DNA of 64,000 bases from Nemertoderma westbladi (taxonomy: Eukaryota; Animalia; Xenacoelomorpha), in assembly GCA_032718475.1 (NCBI GenBank), contig JAUCBJ010007248.1, positions 52,846 to 116,845 on the forward strand, given 5' to 3'. Below, one piece after another: positions 23,851 through 34,637 of this stretch. Position numbers and translations under genes: made by a program. Position 1 is the stretch's first letter. Each line of letters begins with the position of its first letter. Under the pieces are notes generated by a model. It did not search any database, had not been told where the DNA came from, and saw only the letters and a list, made by a program, of their open reading frames with translations.

Positions 23851-23899
23851 AAATCCAGTCCAAGCAGTAAATGCAGAGACTTCAGGTCATGGACGCACA

Positions 23900-24760
23900 A
23901 AACAATTCATTCTCAATTCTCCTGGTGGATATGGAAAAACATTCACATTCACCGTTATTGGTGCCAAGATCAGGGCTGAGGGAGGAATTGTACTCATGGT
24001 GGCCAGCACAGGTTTGGCTGCTCAAAATCTGGAAGGGGGAAGGACGGCACATAGCCGTTTCAAAATTCCAATTAACATAATGGAAGACTCCACATGCAAC
24101 ATCAAGGCCCAGAGCGATCTAGCAACGCTGATCAGGGCATGTTACTCATCATCTGGGACGAGATTTTCAGTGTGCATCGGTTTATTATTGAGTGTGTGGA
24201 AAGGAGTCTGCGGGACATTATGGATTGTGATGAACCGTGGGGTGGAAAGGTGGTTTGTCTTGGCGGCAACCCCAGGCAGACTCCGCCGGTGGTTAAGAGG
24301 GGTGGTCGACCACAGATAGTTCGATCATGTGTACAAATGTCTCATCTCTACCCTTGCATGAAGGAGCACAGGCTAACACAAAATATGCGAACTGATCCTG
24401 GTGAGTTGGAATTCTCCAGTTACATTCTCAAGTTGGGGGAAGGGCGTGAAAAGACATATGAAGAGGAGGGCAAGAACAAGATCAAAATACCATTAAATCA
24501 CCTTACTACATCAGTGAAGGATTCGATCAACCTTACATTCCCAGACTTGGAGTATGGCTGTCACGGATCAGACAATATAATCAATGGCGCTATATATACT
24601 CCATTAAACAAGAATGTCAAGGAAATCAACGATCAATGCATCAGCAAATTTCCTGGTGAATTAAAGCAATATCTGTCTGCCGATTCTATTCTTGAAGACA
24701 ACCATAAAGATACTCTTCCTTCAGAATTCATCAATTCGCTCACTCCCTCTGGCCTTCCTG
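23900..24760 (+). pseudogene. Helitron PIF1-type helicase fragment (frameshifted)
   Basis: PGGYGKTF, VASTGLAA..LEGGRTAHSRFKIP, LIIWDE, PWGGKVVCLGG..RQ.PPVV, LTQNMR, YLSAD, SLTPSGLP. Confidence 0.9.
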
Positions 24761-24991
24761 TCAACCCATTAGGGCAAACTGTTTATCAACCCACGAAGAC
24801 GAACTCAACACACCACACCAAGGCGCTGAGGCTCAGTCTATACCTCAGTAGCATACCGCGCAAAACCATTTACACGCCTTGTTTTAAGTTTATTAGGTTA
24901 AACATTTCCGATCATTGGGGCAACTGTTTATCGGTCCATGAACGTGAACTCTTGGTATATAGTATTAATATATTAATAATGATATATAACG

Positions 24992-25444
24992 ATGAAAAAT
25001 AGCGATATTAGCCCTGGAAATTTTAAGAAATTGTATCTAGTTTCTACTTTATTATCGGATACTTATAATAAGAAAAGCAATAATATAATACAACCGCTAG
25101 ATGGTGTGGTAATTTCATCTCAGAAAGCCAAACGGTTGTTAAGTTATTTAATGCGATTCTCGCGTGACAGAGTATGGTGGAGCGATAATAATAAACTCTA
25201 TATAGAAAATAAACTTATACCCGGAGCGAATATCAGTCATTTGATTGAATTGTTGGTTGCTAAAAAAAATAAGAAAAACACTGAAATAATTCCAGGACAA
25301 ACAACATTTGTGGGGCTATTAAAACGCTTAAGGATACCGAAACGATTAATTGGTCGCGGTTGGTTGAAACGGCGTAGGGTTCACGTAAGCCCCCCCAATG
25401 CAAAACGTGTTGACGTGTGGAAACAATACGTGGGACTACAATAA
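24992..25444 (+). CDS. Conserved uncharacterised Polinton/Maverick-type protein
   Basis: KAKRLL...W...KL..ENKLIPGANISHLI...PG..TF...L..LRIP..LIG pattern, recalled from invertebrate Polinton ORFs. Confidence 0.55.
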   Translation: MKNSDISPGNFKKLYLVSTLLSDTYNKKSNNIIQPLDGVVISSQKAKRLLSYLMRFSRDRVWWSDNNKLYIENKLIPGANISHLIELLVAKKNKKNTEIIPGQTTFVGLLKRLRIPKRLIGRGWLKRRRVHVSPPNAKRVDVWKQYVGLQ

Positions 25445-25809
25445 ATCGACGTGTGGAAACAATATGTTACATCATTAAACATTACATCATGATGTCATGA
25501 TGATAATCATTACATCATTAGTTACTTCATCATTCATATAACATTATATATTTTAGGCAGTTATTTTTTTGCCCTAGGCCTATATTTTTTACTTTTTTTG
25601 CCCTCTATTTTTACTCAAATGCCCTATATTTTTTTTCTAATACTTTTATGCCCTATATAGTGTAAGTACTTTTCTGCCCTATATTTTTTGGACTAGCAAA
25701 ACTGTTATACTCGACTTTCAGACTGTTGCTTTTTTTTTTGTTTAACATCATGACGTTACATCATGATGAAGGACTACATTAAAATATTATGTTTTTTGAA
25801 CGTTTCATA

Positions 25810-26662
25810 TTAAAAGCATGTCTAATAATAAAGCAAGTGGATTAGATGAAATCCCAGCGGAGGTATGGAAAACCGGAGTGCTAAATAGACCATTATTGAA
25901 TGTTTTCAACCGGATGTTAACAGGGGAAAAGCCACCACCAATTTGGACTAAAGGTCAACTAAAGCCTCTCCCCAAGAAAGGAGACCTCGGCATACCAACG
26001 AACTATCGTGGGATCTGTCTGCTTGTGGTAGCTGCCAAAATATACAATAAAATGATTCTATATAGGATTAGGCCTCACATAGAGAAACTACTGCGTAAGA
26101 GCCAAAACGGATTTCGACCAAGTAGATCAACAATAGCTCAGATACTTGCACTACGGAGACTGATTGAAGGAATTAAGTCAAAGAATCTCCCCGCAGTCAT
26201 GACTTTTGTGTACTTCAAGAAGGCATTCGACTCCATCCATAGAGGTAAAATGCTTGAAATCCTAAGAGCTTATGGAATACCAGAAGTAATTGTTGATGGC
26301 ATTGGATTGTTATATTGTGACACAGAAGCGCAGGTACTCTCACCAGATGGTGAAACTGAGTTTTTCTCAATCCTGGCTGGCGTACTGCAAGGTGACACAT
26401 TAGCACCATTACTATTTGTAATTGTGCTGGATTACGCAATGAGGATGGCCACAAAGGGTGAAGATCTGGGATTCACACTTCAAGAGCGCAGAAGTAGTAG
26501 ATATCCGGCAACTACAGTCACAGACACCGACTTTGCGGATGACATCGCCCTGCTCTCTAATAAGCTAGCAGATGCACAGCTTCTACTAAATAAAGTGGAG
26601 AGGGCTGCTAAGGAGGTTGGATTGCATATAAATGCTACCAAGACCGAATTCATGACCTTTAA
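25810..26662 (+). pseudogene. RTE-clade LINE reverse transcriptase, 5' part (continues at 42993)
   Basis: KASGLDEIPAE, PKKGDL..NYRGI, QNGFR, FKKAFDS, GVLQGDTLAP, FADDI; cut at TTAA 26659-26662. Confidence 0.92.
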
Positions 26663-28225
26663 CCATATTAGTACCGGGCTATAAAATGTTGTACAAATAC
26701 CGGGGGGGGGGGGGGGTCATATTGACCCACCCCTCTAAAATCTACAAATTTTTACGAAAACGTCTGATTTTTTGTTTGTACGTAGGTATCACTAGTCAGG
26801 ATCCGACCGAAAAAGAAAATTTTCGAAAAAATGTACTGGGGTGGTTATATTGCAGCACCAAAATTACAAGTAGTGCACAATTTTCAGAAAATTTGAAAGT
26901 TACATTTTTCGTCTAATTGTATTTCAATACAGGTTTTCTGGGGCGCAAAATACATTGGAAAATATTTAAAAATGATATGATTACTATAAATGGCTGTTTA
27001 GACCTCTCTACGTAGGAAAAAAATGAAAAAAACAAGTAACCAGCACTTTTCAGTTAGAACACAAAATTTTTAATTCACTTATACGATGCTATAAATTCAC
27101 ATTTTCAGGTTTTCTAGGGCGCTGATTCTAATGGAATACATTTCTAAAATGCCCCATCATTGCTACTTGTATTTTTCGGCGTAATTTGGTAAATTTTGGT
27201 GCTAGGACCAAATTTCGTACCCATCACCAAAAAGTACAAGTTTGCGATGTCCAGTGCTGTTTTTATTGATTCCATCGGATTCAGGACCCTCATAAACCCG
27301 TATAACGCAATAAACAAGATGATACTATCTACTGATCAATTTGCTTATTTTCCAAAATTTGGTGCTGGCACAACAATTTTCACCCACCGGCGAAAAATAC
27401 AATGTTTGAAAACTCTTATGAAATTTTTACTGATTCCATTGAATTCAGAACACTCACAATCCCGTATAACGCAAGAAACAAGGTGACACAATCAATTTAT
27501 ATATTTGATGGTTTTCAAAATTTGGTGCTAGCACCACATTTTGCACCCACTTCCGAAAAATTCAAGTTTGTGATGCCTAGTTCGAAAATTATATATTCCA
27601 TTCAATTCAGAATAGCCATAAACCTCTAAAACGCAAGAAATAAATTGCCACAAACAAGTTTATCAATTGAATGGATTTTCAAAATTTCGTGCTAGCACCA
27701 AAATTTGCACCCACCACCGAAAAATACAAGTTTGATACGCTTGGTGCAACTCGTATATATTTCATCGAAACCAGAACCCCAAAAAACCCCAATTGCGTAA
27801 AAAACAAGTTTCACGCAATCAATTTACAAAATTGACATATTTCAAAATTTGGTGCTGGCACCAAAAATTGGCACCCGCCGAAAAAAACAAGTTTGAAATT
27901 TCTAAATCAATTTATATGAATTCCATCCAATTTCTAACACCAAAAAACCGGTGTAAATCAAAAATAGAGATGTTACAATTCATATTTAATGAAATGTAAT
28001 TTTCAAAAAACGTCTCAAAAAAAGTGCCAAAAGTAGGGTTAAAAAATGGTGCTATAACTCGAAAACTACCCAATATTTTTGAAAACGGTTTTCACTACTA
28101 GGAAGACAATAGATTTTTAGGAAAAGTCATAAAATTTCAGATTCCCAACTGCGTTTGTTTCAGAATTATAATAAAAAAACCACGGTGGGGGTCATATTGA
28201 CCCCTTCCCCCCGGGTTTAATAGGG
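26663..28225 (+). mobile_element. piggyBac-like non-autonomous element (MITE-A copy 1)
   Basis: TTAA on both sides; imperfect TIR CCATATTAGTACCGGG / CCCGGGTTTAATAGGG; subterminal GGGTCATATTGACCC palindromes; internal ~130-bp repeats. Confidence 0.85.
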
Positions 28226-30300
28226 TTAAATAACAAAATTCTACAAGAAGATATACAGATATATAAATAGAAAAAATAAACATCTCATACTTAATAATAT
28301 GTAATATAAATTCTTACAGAAACTGTAAAATATATTTTAACGAATTTTAAACTAGGTTTTAGACTCCATAGATATTTTATTGGATATTTAAATAATTTGC
28401 ATTTGTTTTTCCTAACTACTCCTTGACCCTGCACTTACACATTTTATACTATACCTTCCTTATTCCCTAACAGCCTCTACCATCCCTGCTCTTACATTCC
28501 TAATAATATTCCTAATGGCGACTAAGATAAGATTGATATGTAAACTGGTCATCTTAACAACTCTATGTTATATCTCATTATTTATATTGACAAAGATCGA
28601 TGTAATAGTTAATTACAAAGATTCCTACCTTACAAAGAATTATAACAACAATGTAATATTTATTTACAATGAATCCTACCATTCACCAATCTCTAAATCT
28701 ACACTAACAAATGAGGGCCAATATTAAAATTTTGCGTTTCAAACTCGCTGCGCGGGAACTCGTCCAGCTCGAAAACTACTTAACTTACGGGAGATTTGTT
28801 TACACAGACTTATAGTGCGTTAAATTATCTATCTAACAGCGTTAATTACCGAAGCTATTATACAACTGGAGCGGCAGACGATCGTGTGAAATATAATATT
28901 TATAAAAAAGGGACGAAAAAATTTTTTCCTTTATAATTCGCTACTCTATTACAATTTAGCTTTTTGCGCCAAAACTTCCTGTAAAATGTAGAAAATAAAC
29001 TCCGCTGTCTTTTTTCTTAACATTTGTAATTAAAATTACGAATTTTAAGGGTCGAAAAATATCGCGTCATTTACACCCTTTTTTATTAATTTTTTTGGGG
29101 CCAAAAATGACCCCCTCTCAAAAGATAGAAAAAAAAAATTACGGCAAAGAATATACTAATTTTATTGAATTTGGACCATCAGAACCAAAGTTAGAGCGAT
29201 TTTAGTGAAAAAATAAAAATAATTTTTTTTTGCAAAAAATTAAGAATGGTCAATATTGGCTTTCGTACCCGCGAACTTAGGTTTCATTAACGTGATTGAT
29301 AACCACTAGACTACGTGACCAAGATAATTTGAAATTTTCGAGTGACTATTTTTAAACATCAATAACTTCCGTTCTATTGGGCCGTTTAATCTGAAACTTT
29401 TTTCATTGGATAGAGGATAGATTGTAGTGTGTGAAATAGGATACAACTTGGGAAAAGACTTAAGTGCACTTGGTGCAAAATGCACTTAAAAAGTGCACAT
29501 TTTTTCTATATTTCAAACACTATTATTTCCAATTCTATTCATCGTAGAATGTTTTTTATTGGGTTCAAATGTAGTTTGAAGTGATTTCTAACTATAATCG
29601 TAACATTTGTATAACTTTTTATGTCAATAAAGTGACTTAAATTAAATTAAATTAGTACCGGGCTATAAAATGTTGTACAAATACCGGGGGGGGGGGGGGG
29701 GGTCATATTCACCCCCCCCCCCCCCCCCCCCCCCCTCTAAAATCTACAAATTTTTACGAAAACGTCTGATTTTTTGTTTGTGCGTAGGTATCACTAGTCA
29801 GGATCCGACCGAAAAAGAAAATTTTCGAAAAAATGTACCGGGGTGGTTATATTGCAGCACAAAAATTACAAGTAGTGCACAATTTTCAGAAAATTTGAAA
29901 GTTACATTTTTCGTCTAATTGTATTTCAATACAGGTTTTCTGGGGCGCAAAATACATTGGAAAATATTTAAAAATGATATGATTACTATAAATGGCTGTT
30001 TAGACCTCTCTACGTAGGAAAAAAATGAAAAAAACAAGTAACCAGCACTTTTCAGTTAGAACACAAAATTTTTAATTCACTTATACGATGCTATAAATTC
30101 ACATTTTCAGGTTTTCTAGGGCGCTGATTCTAATGGAATACATTTCTAAAATGCCCCATCATTGCTACTTGTATTTTTCGGCGTAATTTGGCAAATTTTG
30201 GTGCTAGGACCAAATTTCGTATCCATCACCAAAAAGTACACGTTTGCGATGTCCAGTGCTGTTTTTATTGATTCCATCGGATTCAGGACCCTCATAAACC

Positions 30301-31485
30301 TGTTCGCGCTTTTGAAGACCTTTAGCAGTTTAACCTGCCAAAATTTATATGTCTTTTAGTTAATTAACACACCTTTAGCATACGACAATATTTTATGCTA
30401 ATAAACAAAACATTAGCCGAAGCCAGCCCATGCGCGATCATTCACCCGATGGATCTACACCCGGGAGGCTGAATTCGGATGCTTAGATTTTATTATTGCA
30501 GTGTAAGGTTGCAGTGTAAGCCTACTGTATTATTCGATTGATCGCTAATATGTAATTTCTGACAGATATTATTAACTTTCGGGAAATATTAACAGTTCCT
30601 TTAGGACGTGGCGCTCTATCTATTTAAACAGAGCTAGGACTTATACTAAACGCAACGATAAGGCTTATGATTAAAGTATAAGTCGCATTCTTTAGGAAAT
30701 GCTTTGTTACCAGTCACATCACACTCACAATCATGCACACTATTCTGCCGACCGTCAGTATATTTGATCACACATAAAGAGAACAGCAATTGACTCAGGT
30801 AGTGTCTACTAAATAACATTAGATTCAATACACACCACATTGATATAAATCGCAATTGTTATATATAGCCCGCCTCTCTAACCTGTAGTGTATCAAGAAA
30901 ATTGGGAATTTTGGGTGATTTATCCGTATTCTCCAAAGAGCAATATTTCCATCAACAAATAGATACAATTAATAACTGACGGTAAATAGCAGTACAAACA
31001 ATATGATTAGTGCAGTTAAATTAAGTGAGGTAACACCGCCGGTAACAGTTATACTTTCTATAATCTAAGCAGTTTTTGCTAGAGTTGTTCCAAAAGCCGG
31101 TGTTATGGCGAAAAATGGGAACACAACAACAGAAACATGTGACTACTGCTCTATACGAAGATACCAACTCCCTTATTCCACGAAGCTCCCGTTCAACACA
31201 GAGGATGAGCATAGAGATAGGAAATTCAGTTCAGTAGCGCTGGGATAGGTCGAAATCAACGCCTACGCAAATTCTATTGGCCGACACGGACAGCAAGGCT
31301 TAGGCAACCTCTCTAGGCTAGTTGGCCGATTAAACTGAGCCCAGATATCTCCGTACAGCACATCAGCCAATAAGCTGGTAGCTTGCACTATTTTAGTTAT
31401 AAATCCCTTTGAGAGTATTCTAGCGACTGGGGGGGAACTGGCCAGCAAAGGCAAACGTATCAGTTATCCCACAAAAGCTTTTACA
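30301..31485 (-). repeat. BEL-2 3' LTR
   Basis: No difference from 40901-42085 seen by eye; preceded on the minus strand by a short purine-rich tract GGGAGCGG. Confidence 0.95.
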
Positions 31486-31563
31486 CCGCTCCCAGAAAAT
31501 GGGATTTGAGTCTATAAAATATACAAAATCACAGTTTCTAAAATATAAAAATACTCTAAACAG

Positions 31564-32280
31564 TTAGTCTTTCTTGCGCGGACGGCGTTTACACAGTTTT
31601 TTAAAGCTAGCAAGAGTCCTTTTCTCTTTGGGGCGAGCCACTTTACGAGGAGGGCTATAACTCCTGGGTGAAGGGTGCAATATGATTGCATCAGAAGGTG
31701 TGGGATTGCGATCGGTATATCCGCCGGTCGAAGTACCGGGTTGATTGACATCAACGTCCGGGGAGAGGGGTCTAACGGCTTTGAGAGCTCGTTTCAAGAC
31801 AGCCGCTCTTACGGGTCCTTTACGAGTGGTCTGAACGAGGGCCGTGGGTGGACCATAGGCAGTTAGAAACTTCCTTGGTTTAATGGTTCTTTCCAACTCG
31901 CATTCGCGGGCTCTGTACTCGTAAGGCCGTCGATATACTTCTTGTAACTCGGGGTGTGAGTTGACAAATAAGTCTCCATAGGCCGGATCTTGACGGATAA
32001 AGTTTATTAAGTTGTACGAATTGATGTCACTCGGATTAATGCTCCTGAGAAATTTTCGTACATATTTGGTTGAAATACATTCTCCAACGCGATTCAATAG
32101 TTCATAACTTGATAGGCGCGATTTCTGCTCGACGGAGGCAAACAAATAAGGATGGAACGCATAAACTCCTTCGTAAGCGCGTCCAGGATAATAGCGATGG
32201 CGCGAATCACAATGTAAATCAGTGTTCGCTTCCCAAGCTCTGATGTAACGTAGTGTGATCATTTCATCTACGCCTTCCAA
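31564..32280 (-). CDS. BEL-2 accessory ORF, unknown function, basic C-terminus
   Basis: 238-aa ORF ending 78 nt before the 3' LTR; tail RKVARPKEKR...KKLCKRRPRKKD. Confidence 0.55.
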   Translation of the reverse strand: MEGVDEMITLRYIRAWEANTDLHCDSRHRYYPGRAYEGVYAFHPYLFASVEQKSRLSSYELLNRVGECISTKYVRKFLRSINPSDINSYNLINFIRQDPAYGDLFVNSHPELQEVYRRPYEYRARECELERTIKPRKFLTAYGPPTALVQTTRKGPVRAAVLKRALKAVRPLSPDVDVNQPGTSTGGYTDRNPTPSDAIILHPSPRSYSPPRKVARPKEKRTLASFKKLCKRRPRKKD

Positions 32281-32614
32281 ATCGTGACTAAAAAGGGCAA
32301 TCGAAACTGGCGCGTCCCTTTAGTTGACAATGGTGACATTGAGTCATAAATTGAGGGCAAACCGCAAAAATGTGCAAATTATTAAATCTGCAATACGCGC
32401 AATAAATTTCCATCGCCGGTTGTTCGTGGAAATAGGAACAGCGGACGTTTGTGTCCATGGGCGTAACATGGTCTCTCGATGCGCATAACCGACAACGTTG
32501 CCGAGAAACATAGTTGGCATGGCGATAATCGTACGCAGTGAGACACTGTGGACCTTGATACCATTCTAGGATGTAATCGTTGTCGCTGTTCCGAGCGCGA
32601 TAGGCTGAATCTCC

Positions 32615-33013
32615 TCAGATTCTAGACATATTGGTTCGTCTTCCCAGTCTGTTACGAATAGAATTTTCGTGATCTATTCTCGTTTTATCGTTACGACGCC
32701 GCTGGGTATGATATTTAAATAGAACCATTTCCCTTTCGGTGTCTGCATCGTCCGTATCATGTAAATCGGTAGGATGGCCGGTAGTTAAGAAGTCCATATA
32801 CGTACCATTACGATTCGTATAGCGAGCGGTGAATTTTCTATAGTCCAATTCACGCGTAAGTTGTTCCTGGGACATCGGCGGTTCGATATAACGACCATCG
32901 TCCTCCGTAATAGTCGGATCGGCTTCACCGCGTATTAAGCTATCCACAAACGCTTGTAAAGGTAGAGTATATCGCTCTCTAATACCAAGGTCATCTTCTA
33001 TCAATTCCGTCAT
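32615..33013 (-). CDS. BEL-2 accessory ORF, unknown function
   Basis: 132-aa ATG-initiated ORF in sense orientation downstream of gag-PR. Confidence 0.5.
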   Translation of the reverse strand: MTELIEDDLGIRERYTLPLQAFVDSLIRGEADPTITEDDGRYIEPPMSQEQLTRELDYRKFTARYTNRNGTYMDFLTTGHPTDLHDTDDADTEREMVLFKYHTQRRRNDKTRIDHENSIRNRLGRRTNMSRI

Positions 33014-34637
33014 ATCTGCTATCTGAGTTTATTAATATCAATATGAGTTAATATTTTAGGCAAGCGGGCGTCGCTGCCTACTAGGCTTTTGCCCCCGGAC
33101 AGTGGGTTTCTCAGCGCCGATGTACCGCTGTCGCAGTGTTTACGCCAACATGTAGCAACAGCACGACAACGATAACCGGCACAAGTCCCACCACTGTCCG
33201 TCCCAAAGGCTTGAATCCACTTGAGGTTATCTCGGTAGAGTTAGGGCTACTTTACAATTGCGATTAGCTACTGTAAACACACTTTAGTAGTAACATTCAC
33301 CTATAAACGCACAAATTCCATACAATCATTACTTACTGCACAAATGCATGCCATTTGTCCGTTAGTCAGTGTCTTCCAGAATGTCACGTTATTACTATGT
33401 ATCCTTGGATACTAATAGTGCGCTATGTATACTCTTATGCTACGCAATGGGGCAAGCTTTTTATTGTTCCTTTAACTTGCTTCTAATTCTAGCGTGGGTG
33501 TTGCCATGGTGACATTATGGAAAACTAGCGGTAGAATTAGGGTACTTCTCATGCATACAGATCTGGGATGTTATTTAATAGTAATTCTTTAATTGTCAAT
33601 ATCCTCTTTATGCATGATTTTATAAATTTTATCGGCTATTGACTATATATTGGAGATTCTCGCACTCTAGTACACTCAATATGAATCTCCGCTCCCATGA
33701 TCTATTAATTACTGGAATTTTGGGAATGTTATAAATTGCACAAAATGACAATTTATGAAATTCATTCAAATATGAATTTAAATTTATTCCCGTTAATTTT
33801 ATTATTTGATGTTAAATTGACACAAATTTTATTCCAGAGCATGTCTGGGGACTCAGGATCCTTAATTCTATGAAATCGTCCTTTTAAGAATATCGGTAAA
33901 TACTGCGATATCTTAATTGACTAGAAATTTTAGAGGATCTGAATTTTACAGATTTTAATAAATATTAAATTAATATTTAGGATGGGCACCGATTTATTCC
34001 AGAACTTGTCTGGGGACGTTAACCACTGATTCTAGAATTTGTCTTTCAAGTATATCGGTGGGTGCCGCGATATCTTAATCGACTAGAATTACAGATGGTC
34101 AAAAAGTTTAACAGATTTATTTGCGATTTACGCTACTGTTAGAGGGACATCACGCTACTATATGTATTATTTGTTATAAGGTAGAAGAGCAATATCGCAC
34201 GAAGCAATGTCAGTGTGAAGAGGCAAGTCGTTTCCAAGGTCTACCCAGAGCTTGGTTTAGCCGAGACACGAGGATCTGAACTTTGCATTCCTAATACTCT
34301 GCCTACCAATAATACTTAAATATAGTAGTGGCTTTATTGTACTTTAAGAAGTACTGACATGTCATCTTACTATAGTCTCGCATTTATAATATAATACGGA
34401 CAGTAAGGAAAGAGAAAAATAATTATTTCTTGCCGTCGCACTAAATATATTATAAGTAATTAAGTACGTAATAAACACTAATATATTGCACTAATTTACT
34501 AAATAATCGCTAAAATAACATTCTACTAAATAAAATTAAAGAAAACGATTATAATAAAATTACGTAATAATACATACATAAATATAAAATAAAAACAAAT
34601 ATAAAATGATATAGTCACACGCCCACTCCATATGTTA

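Larger units (their letters stand above)
22389..24760 (+). mobile_element. Helitron, internally deleted and 3'-truncated
   Basis: A|TCCTACTAATAT 5' terminus; N-terminal repeat ORF joined directly to PIF1 helicase motifs; no Rep core or CTAG end seen. Confidence 0.8.
2862..25444. mobile_element. Decayed Polinton/Maverick-like (endogenous dsDNA virus-like) segment, interrupted by BEL-1 and a Helitron
   Basis: Compact intronless gene cluster around a protein-primed PolB; termini, integrase, ATPase and capsid genes not seen; boundaries approximate. Confidence 0.75.

Noticed and set aside
7939-30300. Similar TSDs GAAAC and AAACC as target-site specificity
   Set aside because: Only two sites in AT-rich DNA
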